Positions 1 to 12,500 of a stretch of 64,000 nucleotides of DNA are shown here, one piece after another. Positions within the stretch are counted from its first letter, which is position 1. Each line of letters begins with the position of its first letter. The notes under the pieces were generated by a model, which was not told the origin of the DNA, made no database searches, and worked only from the letters and a program-made list of their open reading frames with translations. Source of the DNA: Lytechinus pictus (taxonomy: Eukaryota). A program made the position numbers and the translations under genes. The stretch covers positions 18,228,001-18,292,000 of the forward strand of contig NC_087259.1 of assembly GCF_037042905.1 (NCBI RefSeq), read 5' to 3'.

Positions 1-2742
1 AACAATGAACAAACGAAACTCGAATTTTCAGAATTAGATTTAAAAAAAAATTACCCCCCAAAGCATAGATGTACACATCAATTGAGACCTACCACAATGC
101 ACCAATGTACAAGTGAAGAATGAGGAAGATCGAGACTCAAAACAATAAGGTTTTTAAAGGTTTGCGTTGTACTTGAATGCCGGTAAATGGATTGAACGAA
201 ACCGAGAAATCTCGATCATCAGAACTGATATATTTTATAGACAGGTTTTTATTATGAATTTATGATTATACATGTTTTGCGATTATATGATGCAGAGCTG
301 AATGATAAAATGGCGGAAGTTAACTGATAAGAATGGTAGCATTATGATAGGCCTACTAAATTACAAAGTTCAATTCAAACTTACATTTCTCAGTAGATGA
401 TTAATCAGAACATTATGTTGAATGAACACTTTGTGTCTCCTGTGATAATGCGAATGAGAATATCCAAATCATTAGACTATATTCATGAGTCACATAATTC
501 CTTGATCTGGATCCAATACGCAGGTGCTTGCAGTGTTATCGTAAGCAAGGTAATATCCAAGATCATGCCTCGATCCCCATTTTTATTCACTCAAATGCGG
601 TTCATTTTCATCCGAAAAGACCTATGAAAATGCTTTGGCGGCTGACAATGAAATGGCCAATGTATGCATCGATATTGCCGGTGAGGGAGTTTTAGTTTGT
701 TGCCAATGCAAGTACATGAGGGGTTTCACAAATTAAGTCTGTCCGTGTAACTACTACTTGGTGATCTGTTTTTCGTGTGCTTAATTTACTATTTCCACGC
801 TGTGTGATGAATTTTCTTCAACTCAGATCTGTTGCATCCGGCCGATGCTAATATAACAAAAGAATGTTATTCTATAAGTCCTTGGGATTAGAATCGTAGC
901 TGATGGACATTACAAATATTAAGTCAAATTTTGCACGAATTAAGGAACTTGTCACCGTTCGTGCGTAAATTCGTGCGTAAATTACGAACAGCTTTTTTGC
1001 AACACACCGCTCGATTTGAGCATGGTGGTGTGTTCTCGAACACGTTACTAAAAATGATTCACCCCATTAACCGGAAATTATGCCAAGTTTGGTTAAAAGC
1101 CTACAGGTTAGCAACAATTATTTTGCGCAGTGCTGGAGTACATCTGTTACCAGATGGTCATCACTACAAACAAATTAAGGCCGTTTGGTCCCCCCCCCCC
1201 AAAAAAAAAAACCAGTTGTGGTATCTCTATTATTGTGTATTGTGGTCCAGCGCCAGCTATGCTGAAACATATAAAAGAGCGAGTTGAATCAGGTCTAATT
1301 CATTGGCCTAAAACATTTCCCATAGACTCGTGTGTTAAACTGGCACTTAAAAAATCATTAAAGATAAGGATGAAATTCGGGGGTCGAATGTTTACTACCA
1401 GTGGATAGGATATAAATCTGACAATCTATATCTGACCAGAAAATGGTTCCTTGACCTGCTCATTTTTAAAAATAAATCGGCATTTATTAATCTCCTGATC
1501 GAGGGATCAAATTCATCACCTAAAACAATAAAATAGCTCTAATTCTTCCGCCAATCAAATATACATAGTTCCAAAGTTGGTGATATTTCTTCACAATTTG
1601 GGAAAAGGAAGTTCATTAATTACCCTCCATAGATTTAGTGTTCCATAGACAACCATATTCATACATTTTGTCAATCAGCTATATAAAAAAGTGAGAATGG
1701 TTTGGCTCGAATGAATAACTAATTGCCGTCCGATTACAAAAAAAAATGAATGATATGATAAAAGGAAATATCTCTGAACATTTTATGTATAAATCAGTCA
1801 TATCTTGGTTTCAATTGAATTTTTTTTAAATACGTTACACTGAGTTTTTCGATGGCAAAAACTTCCTTTCTGTCCCCTTTCTGTAGGGGCAGTGGAACCG
1901 AAAAGGGCAATTAACCTAAAATTCCAGTAGGAAAAGTGCCCTTTTTAAAATATGAACTGTGCCCTTTAGTGAGGTAGCAATTATTCTTATGCTCCGCATT
2001 TTATTTTTTGAAGTTGATTCTGTTCTATTTGCTATGTTTTTGATAAATAGAAATATTTACTTTTCTATTCATTTTTTTGTATTTTAGGCCTCTGAAAGGG
2101 CACGTATACAACAACAAAGACATATTCATTTGCGACAGTTTATCGGAGCAACAAGATAAATTCAGATTCTAACTTGGCATATCCAGTTCTTAATGATGCA
2201 TTAGTACGTACTTTTGGGGGCATAACGGGTATCTGCGAACATAAATAACCAGAATTCGAGTAATATTAATTATCTCAGATTCACGCACGAGCACGCATCA
2301 ATTATACAAAATAATATTCACATAAGGGATGAGCTCTAAATTAGCGCAAATTGTGTGATTATGCTGAAATTAGTCAAGTTTGTAAGTAGTTATAAAATTG
2401 CATATGTATTTTTCACGATTCTTTTATATTATGTTGGCATGAAACTATCACAAGGCTTCCCCTTTTGTTGTTCATAACTAATTTGAAATTTGATTGATCC
2501 AATATAAACAATGCTTCCAGAGACAAAAAATAATAAATAATGATATTTCACTTCTGCAGAAGCCAGTCGGCTCTAAATTGGTTAACATGAATAACATCGG
2601 TACGCTGCATGGATACTAACCTCAGTGGAGTGCTTTGTCAATTATTGGGATGCTTTTGTATTCCTATAGATATGATAGATTTTCAAATGTAATATGCCTG
2701 GGTTCCCATCCTTTCAATATTACCATTATTATTTGTTTGGCG

Positions 2743-2960
2743 TCACTTGTGCCTGTAAGCCGAAAAGCGAGCTGAATCACTTTGACCCGCATGATCTCCT
2801 CCAGAGATTGGAATGCAAGACTACTACGCCGGGGTTTCCCCCTACTCTTATACGAATATCATGGGTTCTTGCCTGCAAATGTGGTTACTCTCCTGTACAC
2901 GGGGCCTCCATTTAACGTCCTATCCGAGGGATAAAGTGTTTTCCACTGCAACATAGCCTG
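2743..2960 (-). mobile_element. Deu/Nin-domain SINE fragment
   Basis: Reverse complement reads TCCCTCGGATAGGACGTTAAATGGAGGCCCCGTG...AAGAACCC...TAAGAGTAGGGGGAAACCCCGG, resembling the conserved Deu/Nin SINE core (GGATGAGACGTTAAACCGAGG...AAGAGTAGGGG...CCCCGG). Confidence 0.65.
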
Positions 2961-3983
2961 ATTCTGCGTCTTTGTCTAATTTTTCTTTATAAGTTCAAAT
3001 CATATTATTTTTAGGCTGGCGTATCCCTTTAAACTTCAGGGTTACCATCCACTAAAATCTCTTAGCTCTTTGAGTGCCGTTCGGAGAGAATGTGGACGAA
3101 AATATTTTCTGCCCCCCCCCCTCCTTCAATTGGGAAAAAGCCGGATTCGCCCCTGCTTAATGACATAGGTTGAGATTATTAACAATTTGAGTTTCATTAA
3201 TTGCAACACATTGCAAGGGGGGGGGGGCTTGCCAAGACAATAAGACAGTATAGAGACTGGGCTCTAACAAGGAAAGACATATTAAATGCGTCTGTTGGGG
3301 AGATCCAGATGATGAATTCCTGTACAACCCTCATTAACGAGCCAATTCTAAAATTTATCACGTTTATTTGCTGACATTAATGCACACTAAAACAACAAAT
3401 ATTGAATAACTTGTATATTGTTTTTTCAATTCCCAAAAATGAAATATGGGAAGTCAAAAATAGTAGGCCTACAAAGACAAGAGAAAGAAAGAAAGAGAGG
3501 GGACTGACATAACAGTTGAAAGTAAGCACAGGGACCAGTACAAACCCATCAGTCCATTGTCTTCCCTGTGACAGAGTGCTCTATGTTAACAATAGGTTCG
3601 CAAAAATGGAGTCCGCAATATTTGAGATCTGGTGCATACATCATGATGTGGTTTAATGTTTACACTTTCTACGTATCCATTTGTATACAGCGAAGGCCAA
3701 CTAAAAAGCTATGTGGTGAAACGAAATGGAATTGTTTACAAAATAACCAAAATTCTCAAATGCAAGCAAATGTATGATAGCTTCAGTCTAAAACCAGTTT
3801 GTTGGAATGTGATTTACAGGAGCGATATTGAAATTATCAATGGAAGGATATCCGATTAATTGCCACTAACATTGATCTTTTGGTAAGTCACTTCGTGAAT
3901 CGGCAAACAATTACTCTTGAACATAACGGAGAGATTTGTGATTTCAGTGGATGTGCCGTAAACGCTGATTAAATCTGCTACAG

Positions 3984-4338
3984 GGCCCCGTTGCATAATA
4001 GTTACTATTATGGGCAATTCCATAAAATAATCAACGTTTTTGTACGTCCGACCCCCATTTTTCTCAAACCTTACTTCACTTCATAAACTGACCAAGTCAT
4101 GGTCAATTAGAGAACATTACAGACTGTCGAAAAAAAAATCAGAGAAACAAATTTCATGAAGGTCCCACATATAGGGGGTCGGACGTACATACTTCATGGA
4201 ATTGCCCTTATGGTAACTTTGCCATCCAGTAGTAACTACCATGGTAACGCTGATCACATCAATCACAATCAAGGATTCCAGAGAAGTTATCATTGGATGG
4301 CAAAGTTACCATAATGGTAACTTTTATGCAACGGGGCC
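3984..4338. mobile_element. PIF/Harbinger-like MITE carrying a nested MITE at 4012-4207
   Basis: TIR GGCCCCGTTGCATAA...TTATGCAACGGGGCC with CAG on both sides (3981-3983, 4339-4341). The inner element GGGCAATTCCAT...ATGGAATTGCCC interrupts the left arm. Confidence 0.8.
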
Positions 4339-4341
4339 CAG

Positions 4342-4502
4342 GGGCCCGTTTCACAAAGAGTTGCAACTGTTGTAACGCTAGTTTGCCATTATGGCAACTA
4401 CTATGGCAACCTTGATTATGATTGGCTGCTGAGCTTTGTTACCGTAGTAGTTGCCATAATGGCAAATTTACAACAGTTGCAAGTCCTTTATGAAACGGGC
4501 CC
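4342..4502. mobile_element. PIF/Harbinger-like MITE
   Basis: TIR GGGCCCGTTTCA...TGAAACGGGCCC; CAG at 4339-4341 and 4503-4505. Confidence 0.8.
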
Positions 4503-4563
4503 CAGAACTTTTGAGAGTATCGGAGTAGGAAGTTCATATGATTGAGTAAGCGTTTTTTGTGTT

Positions 4564-5852
4564 CAGGACAGGAGCCAGGGGGGCGGTGGGGGCGGTCGCC
4601 CCCCAAAAAAAAACGTCCCCAAAAAGACAAAAAAAGAAGAGAAAAAAGAGAGGAGAAAAGGAAAAGCGAAGGGAGGAAAGGGACGAAGCGTAGCTTTGTG
4701 GGTTTTTTCTTTTTATTCTTTATTTTTTTCTCAAAAGAGAAACTCATTCACTCTTGCTCTAAATTTATATATGAATTTTGCTTCCGCGCTGCGTGCGGTT
4801 AAATGACAATATTGCAGTTCTCCATTGTTTCCCCCACCCTTTCTTTAACCCTGTTTTTCCACCTCAGCTATATGTTTTTTGCCTGTTAAAGTTCAAATGT
4901 ATACATTAGGACATGGAATTAGAGTAAGGTTAGACCGAAGTATATGAAGTTACCTTTTTTTTATTGATCGCGCAACTTCTGGTCGGGTCAGCTCCGGGCG
5001 GGTAAAATCTTTATATCAATTTCTGCCGTCACCTCCATATAGGCAACTTCTTGCACATTCATCTTCTGTCCTTTTTTACGCCCTCAGTTTGAAATTTTGA
5101 ATGGCACTTAAGTTTCTTTATCATTCAAAATGAAGCGCTTCAGGATAAGTCAAAGAAATTATACATCATCCTTTTTTATATAATTTCAATAAATCACAGA
5201 AGTTTCAAGTTTTTGCACATTATTTTCCTTGTAATGAAGTTCAATTATCTTAGAAAATCAATTGAATTAGAGCCGATGGGGTATTCGAGATATCTGCAAT
5301 TGATGAAACGTCCGCCCTTTGAAATTTCAGAGTTTCATTGCTCTGCGCGGGGAGGAATATCTTCCTCCCGGCATATACACTTCTTCTCCTCTGTTTTGGG
5401 AGTTAAAGATATGCACTGTCGCTAAATTGTTTGTAATCAAATCTGATCTTTCCAAGGGAAGTATTCAATATATCTTAGAGAATACCCTTTTCTTTGCAAA
5501 AAAATTTGATAAAACGCTTTAGCTTCCGCGCTTCGCGCGGGGTTATTATTATTTTAATTTCCGCCATTGTATTTATTTTTTGTGCGTTCACAATCACTTT
5601 TGAAAACAAGGTTCAAAATCACAATATAGTCAACTGAATTGGAGCTGATATAGGTACTAGAGACAAGAGAGACGGCTCCTTTTCATTTTAATTTATGAAA
5701 CACCGAAAGCTTCGCGCTTCGCAAGGGAGGGGGAAACTCCCCCTCCCTGCACCCACCCCCTAGGGAGCGCGCTTCGCGCGCTCTGTAAGTGTTGGCACGC
5801 TTCGCGTGCATTTACCGCCCCCTCCAAAATGAAATCCTGGCTACGCGGTTGG
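4564..5852. mobile_element. Degenerate non-autonomous TIR element
   Basis: Ends ...GGAGCCAGG and CCTGGCTACGCGG are imperfectly complementary; poly-G/C tracts and repeated GCGCTTCGCGC motifs are typical of such elements. Confidence 0.4.
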
Positions 5853-6314
5853 TGTCTGCAGCGACATTCTGAACGAGTCGTCAAATCAATCAGTCTGCCC
5901 GAAGATCGGCGAGAGGGTGAAAGCGACGGTTGTAGACCGAGCTGACCAAGGTATGAATATATATTGCTCTGTCTGCCCCGGCATTGAGCACTCTTGGAAA
6001 CCTCAACCAATCCCATACCAAGTGTATATGTATATACATATGTATTTTAAATAACATTTATATAATATATTGAATATAAATATATATATTTATTTATATA
6101 CACACACACACACACACACACCCTCATCCTCACACATATATATATATATATATAAATGAAGAGGGCCCTTTGCACAACGTGTATTGCAGCGCGTCATGTT
6201 CTACGTATAGGCGTAAATAATTCAAGCATTAACGCTAGACGTAGCTTCCAAGTATCTCTTTTATTGTGAGCTTTCGGCCAATATAGGGCCTTCATCAGGC
6301 CTATAATGCATTGA

Positions 6315-6445
6315 NNNNNNNNNNNNNNNNNNNNNNNNNNNNNNNNNNNNNNNNNNNNNNNNNNNNNNNNNNNNNNNNNNNNNNNNNNNNNNNNNNNNNN
6401 NNNNNNNNNNNNNNNNNNNNNNNNNNNNNNNNNNNNNNNNNNNNN
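6315..6445. other. Assembly gap (131 N)
   Basis: Run of N. Confidence 1.
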
Positions 6446-6459
6446 GTGTTTTACAGATC

Positions 6460-7486
6460 AACCCCAAGGTGGGGGGACCATGACCCCCCTCAACGATTCG
6501 CGCTATATTTCCGAAACGCAAAAAGATAGCTCCGCAAAATTTTATGACTCTTTTTCTTTGAAGTCTCGCGCAACTTCTAAGTCCAAATTCGCGACATATA
6601 CCGTGTTTACACTTAATCGGCTTTTGCATCGGCTTTTTCATAGCGTGTAAACGCGATTAACTTGCATCGGCTCTCGGTTCAGAATCAGCAATTTTGCACC
6701 ACCAAAGTAGTAGGTTCAGAACCGCGAGCCGATGCAGAATCGGCTTGGTGCGCCTTTCATTTACTTTTACCATTGTGACGTAATTGTAAGCGCACGGATC
6801 CAGCGTTGTCTTTATTATGACGTATATTGTTGGTGTGCGTATCATTTCAGGTTTTTGACACGCGAGCCGATTCTGAACCGCGAGCTGTAACAGCGTGTAA
6901 ACGCAGATCAAGATAAACCAAAAGCCGATTCTGCATCGGCTTTTGGTTCTGAACCAAAAGCCGATTAAGTGTAAACACGGTATATACGGGTATAGCATCG
7001 CGCTGCCACATGACTTTTTACGAAACAATGTTATGCCGAAAATGGCTAATTTTTATACTTTGTGTACAAAGTCTATGGGAGATGAAATGCATAACAGGGT
7101 GATTATTTTTCGTTCTAAATGGTCTGCTTCATTAATTTAGCTGTTAGATAGTCTGTAATATTTTCCATTGAAAAAAACAATGAAAAAAAAAGGAAAAAAA
7201 AGAAATGCAAAAGGAAAGATTAGATTACAAAGATGACATCTGGAAAAAAGAAAAAAAAATGAAGTGAAATTGGGTGCTAGATAATTTTCACGAATATTTG
7301 CATATTTTATTCATAATAAATAGAAAATATTCCTTTCCAGAATTTCTTTATACTTTCTTGTAGTTTATGTGGTAAAGAATGCGCGTGCGAAATTTCGGCG
7401 CGATCGCGCGAACGGCGACCGAGATAAGAAGGGGTGCCGTATCCCCCCATCATCAGTACATCTCAAATAGCCTAGTCCTTTTAGGG
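6460..7486. mobile_element. piggyBac-like non-autonomous element (left end lost near the gap)
   Basis: Right end ...TTTTAGGG followed by TTAA (7487-7490); interrupted by the 6601-6980 MITE. Confidence 0.45.
6601..6980. mobile_element. MITE with 26-bp TIR
   Basis: CCGTGTTTACACTTAATCGGCTTTTG ... CAAAAGCCGATTAAGTGTAAACACGG, flanked by TA on both sides; internal GTGTAAAC and AGCCGA sub-repeats. Confidence 0.85.
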
Positions 7487-7617
7487 TTAACATCGTCAAA
7501 ATTTGCTTTTACTATATCATGTTTTCACTTGTATTACTCGATTCGTACATTAGTGATGGTAGAAAATCGTAAATGATATAAGAAATGATAAATGTCTTGA
7601 TGCAGGGCTCTGTCACA

Positions 7618-7856
7618 CACTGTAAAAACTGTGGTGTTAAAACTGACACCAGTTGGTGTTAATAGAGGACCACACCCTGAGGTGTTAGAATTACACCGTA
7701 GAGATTGAACATAACACCGAAAAGTGTAAATGTAACAACCAAAGGTGTTGTAATAACACATATAGGTGTTAAACTAACACTTTCATTTTAACACCGGTGT
7801 AAAATAATTGGTGTGGTCCTCTATGTAAACCGGTTAACACCACAATTTTTGCTGTG
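7618..7856. mobile_element. CMC/EnSpm-like MITE
   Basis: CACTGTAAAAA...TTTTTGCTGTG ends, 2-bp CA duplication, subterminal GGTGTT/AACACC repeats. A similar degenerate element lies at about 21940-22147. Confidence 0.7.
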
Positions 7857-9559
7857 CACTAATGTTTGAAGTTCATCCATAAAAATGACGGAGACCAACC
7901 AAGATTATTGTTTTATCCTTATATTGTTCAAAACACTGACCAGCTAGGAACCAATAAAATCTGTAATCAACGTGAATCTTTGTGTTACGGGTATCACAAC
8001 AAGTTCTGTTGATATTTCCAATATCACAAATTGAAAAATCACCTCTGGGAGCTTTAAAAAAAGAATCAATCATATTATTGTGTTTTTTTTTCTACTGATC
8101 CTTTTGTCCTTAAGCGCATAACGCTCGTGCCACTATTAATACGAAACGACGGATTATCGTTGTGGAAATAATTGTGTTCTTTCAACCACAAAAAAAGAAT
8201 GAACATGTTTGATAATTATAGACACCACGATCAAAACTCAATTTTCAACGACCATACCTATCGCAATAATCACGCTCTGATCCCAGTGGATTTCATTTTC
8301 AATTTAGCAACTAATGATTGAGGAGCCATCGCCCCGTATTTATTGATTGGAATATAATCGCGTTTTAAGTTGTCATCCGTTTTCACCAGTTTTCGGTCAC
8401 TAAAATGAGAGGATGAGATGTAGGCGAAGGCAAGCCGTCAAGCCTCCGGAGTAAACTATTATATAAATAAACAGTGAGAAATTGCTTTTTTTATGCTTTA
8501 TACAAAAACTGGTTATTTTCGAGGTCATTCACTATTTTCTTTTTTGCTTGATTGTTTTCTTTTATAGTATCAATTCAATTATAGTGAAAATAATGTCCCC
8601 TATCTACCGCCAATTACTGGAACCGCCAATGAAAGACAAAGCCAAAATGTTAAAGGTAACAGAACAAGAGGTAACATCAATGTTTTAATGCATGCAGCCT
8701 AGCTTAATTGGGTATGCGCGCCCGCTGTATAATGAAGTTTTATCGGGGATTTTGGGAAACATGTTTTTTATTGTCCCCATGTTTTGGTTAGGTTTGAAAT
8801 GGGCACAGCATCAATATGAAAAAATAATCTGCCGTAAATTGACAACCGTAGAATACATTATCAAAGATTTTAACTGCTGTTTGATATAAATCTTATATAG
8901 CATTGTTGATGATGTGAGATTTACCGCTCCCGCATTGTAATAAGGCATTTAACCCCTTTGTTTTTAAGTGGGGAGGGGGTGAATTTAGGATATGATCGAA
9001 TTTGATCAACACTCATGAAAAATTGATGAAATCTTGAAATTGAATAAATGCTTTACATTATTATCTCTATCAAAGCAACGGTGCGTGTATTTAGTTTTGG
9101 ATGAAAAATGCGGCTATTATTAACGATCATAAAAGTAACAATGAATTTGTTGCCTGGATTTTGTACATTCAAGATCAGAAATTTTAATATTTGGTGCTGT
9201 CATTCATGAATTATTGTAATATTCTCTATCTCGGGGAATGTTTTGATATCCCATAGTGAGCTGTCCATATCATGATTAGGTAAATATTATTTGTGTTATT
9301 AAGTGCCCATGCCCCCCTAGATACATTTTTGCATCAACTAGAGCTTCGCCAACTTTTAGTGCGGTACGCCCGCAAAGCCGTATTTAATTGCCTATCATGA
9401 ATATGATACCGGTAATGCTCATCATCCATGCTATATAATCATGGAATTTTACAACCCGACTATAATAATGTTTGGCTCGCTTCGCATATTTCAATCATCC
9501 GATTTGCTGCTCTGGATACCTCTATTGCATCCATCGTAACTGGCATATATTTCAGAAAG

Positions 9560-12500
9560 ATGAGGAACCGCAGTCTTATTGGTATTGAGGTATGTTTCGG
9601 TGTATGATTTTATTCCTCTATGTTTTTAACATGATTCTGGGACTAGCTAATTCATTTCAAAAAGACGAAAATGCCTATTAAGCAGAACTTTATATTTTCG
9701 CATCTTAATATTTGCGTTTAGTAATTTTTAAATATAATTATGTAAGCGCATATTCACAATTATAAAAAATAATGACTCAATGTTTATAGAAGATTTTGAT
9801 GGATATTATACGAAATATTGTGCGTCGAAGAATAGATTTGCATGTGGTTTGAGGTAATCATGAGCAAGACGAGTTTGAAATAGTGAAGACAAATGAAGTT
9901 ACGCAGAATTATGTAACGGCTTTGTGTGAGAAATACATATCTTACTAGTATTTGAGTATGAAAATGATAACGACCCAAGTCGAGGTCTTTTTAGCTTAAT
10001 TGAATTAATCATGGGATATTGATGATTTTACAAGAACCCATCTTATGTGAAATTTATATACTGAAATTCTAATCAGAAGTGGCCGAAATAACAGAAAAGG
10101 GACCTAAATCATTATTGGGCATACGCAATTCTTCTTCTTCTCTTAAATATAATCGAATGAACTATGATTGGTCATTCTTATATTCTTATCCTCATTATAC
10201 TTGAAACGATACTCCGATTCTCGGTAAAAAAAAAAATGTCCGACTGTTAATATGACAGTACAATATTTTGTCATTGTTTTTCTGCATGTAGATGGAAATT
10301 TCATGTTATGCTATACTTGTTGCATTTTGGATCACTACTAATTTGGATATTTCCCTCGGTAAGTAGAGGTCCATGGTATAATTCAAATAGCAAAGGTCCC
10401 GATAATATCCTTATTCTCAGTTTTTATATTAACTGATTACCCATGGCACATTTACAGCTCATACACTTCCAGTTATCCAATCACAGATTGATAAATATTA
10501 GGCAAATGCAAAAGTCACCACGCATATATATAAACCAAGAAGCAATATGCCTCTTTACTGCTAAGTCTTAATTTATTTCAAGCCAACTGATCGTAGGATT
10601 TTTATGATGCCTGCTACTGAATGCTATTTTGATCTTTCTCATGTATTTCCGATGTAATAATAATAATAATAAAATATGCAATTTGTTAGGCGCCATTCAT
10701 CTCTTAACAGATGCTCAAGGCGCACAAGTGAAGGGGGGGGGGGGGAAGTAACAGAAAATCATTGATAAAATGAGTTAAGATGTATGTTTTAAGCTTGATC
10801 TTAAACGTTTAGCAGGTTTAGACACTCTTGCTATCTCGGATCTCTCGTGGGAGGGAATCCCATAGTTAGGGCTCTGCATGGATGAATGCCCCCCACTTTG
10901 TTTTACACTTTGGAACTGTAAGAAGATGTATGCTTTTTATTGTATGAAAATCTGTATTTTAGCCTTCTGACCTGCCAGAGGTTTTTGTGGAAAAAAAAAG
11001 TTTTCCGTCATATTTTTATAAGCGTCCTCCTTTTTGCATGATCTTATTATTTCATCATATTTTGTTTTAATACATCAGCGCATTTTCCACGTATATGATA
11101 TTTGTCTAAGATTTGTTACTTTATCACTACAATTTTCAACATTGTAGCGTACGTAAGTGTCTGATTAATATCATTGGCAACGTGTGGTTCGTTCATTTTA
11201 ATGCTTTGATAATTTAACGGTTTTTGGCTAAATAATTACATTGAGTACATTCTGCATTTTGCGATGCTTTCACCATATTTTTTTAGTATCGAATGCTGGC
11301 GAAAAAACTGTGAATTTAATCTCAAAATGTACCATAATTTTGTAACAAGTTGCCAGAAGTTATTTGATTTCGCATAAAAAACGAACATGTTCAAAATTTA
11401 TAGTAGTTATGGGTGAGACCTCATACCAATTTGACCTTTGACCCATGACCTTTGACCGCATGACCTTTGACCGCATGACCTTTGACCCCAACTTCCGGTC
11501 ACTGTTGACCCCGTGACCCCACCTTCCGGTCAATCATGACCTTTGACCTTTGGGTACGCGGTAAACAGGAAATTGGATAATGGAGCGCGGGAAGCGATTT
11601 TAATTGGATAATGGAGCGCGGGACGCGATTTTAATTGGATAATGACTCCGCGTGGGGACGCCATCTTAATTGGATAATGAAGCGCGGGACGCGATTTTAA
11701 TTGGATAATGGAGCGCGGGACGCGATTTTAATTGGATAATGACTCCGCGTGGGGACGCCATCTTAATTGGATAATGAAACGCGGGACGCGATTTTAATTG
11801 GATAATGAGCCCGGCTCTTTCATATAATCTCAAGGAAAATATGTTCATCCACGCTAGAATGACCCATGATGACCCTAAGAATCCGTAAGAATCCGTAAAA
11901 AATCCGTAAGAATCCGTAAGAATGAGTAAGAATCCGTAAGAATGAGTAAGAATCCGTAAGAATGAGTAAGAATCCGTAAGAATCCGTAAGAATCCGTAAG
12001 AATGAGTAAGAATCCGTAAGAATGAGTAAGAATCCGTAAGAATCCGTAAACATCCGTAAGAATCCGTAAAAAATCCGTAAGAATCCGTAAACATCCGTAA
12101 GAATCCGTAAAAAATCCGTAAGAATGAGTAAGAATGAGTAAGAATGAGTAAGAATCCGTAAGAATCCGTAAGAATGAGTAAGAATCCGTAAGAATGAGTA
12201 AGAATCCGTAAGAATCCGTAAACATCCGTAAGAATCCGTAAACATCCGTAAGAATCCGTAAACATCCGTAAGAATCCGTAAAAAATCCGTAAGAATGAGT
12301 AAGAATGAGTAAGAATGAGTAAGAATCCGTAAGAATGAGTAAGAATCCGTAAGAATGAGTAAGAATCCGTAAGAATCCGTAAACATCCGTAAGAATCCGT
12401 AAAAAATCCGTAAGAATGAGTAAGAATGAGTAAGAATGAGTAAACATCCATAAGAATCCGTAAGAATGAGTAAGAATCCGTAAGAATGCGTAAAAATCCG

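Noticed and set aside
6261-6641. ORFs spanning the N run
   Set aside because: Artefacts of the assembly gap.
11570-11809. CRISPR-like look of the TTAATTGGATAATG repeat with 16-20-nt intervening sequences
   Set aside because: The intervening sequences are themselves repeated, the array is mirrored in the other TIR, there are no cas genes, and the context is eukaryotic.
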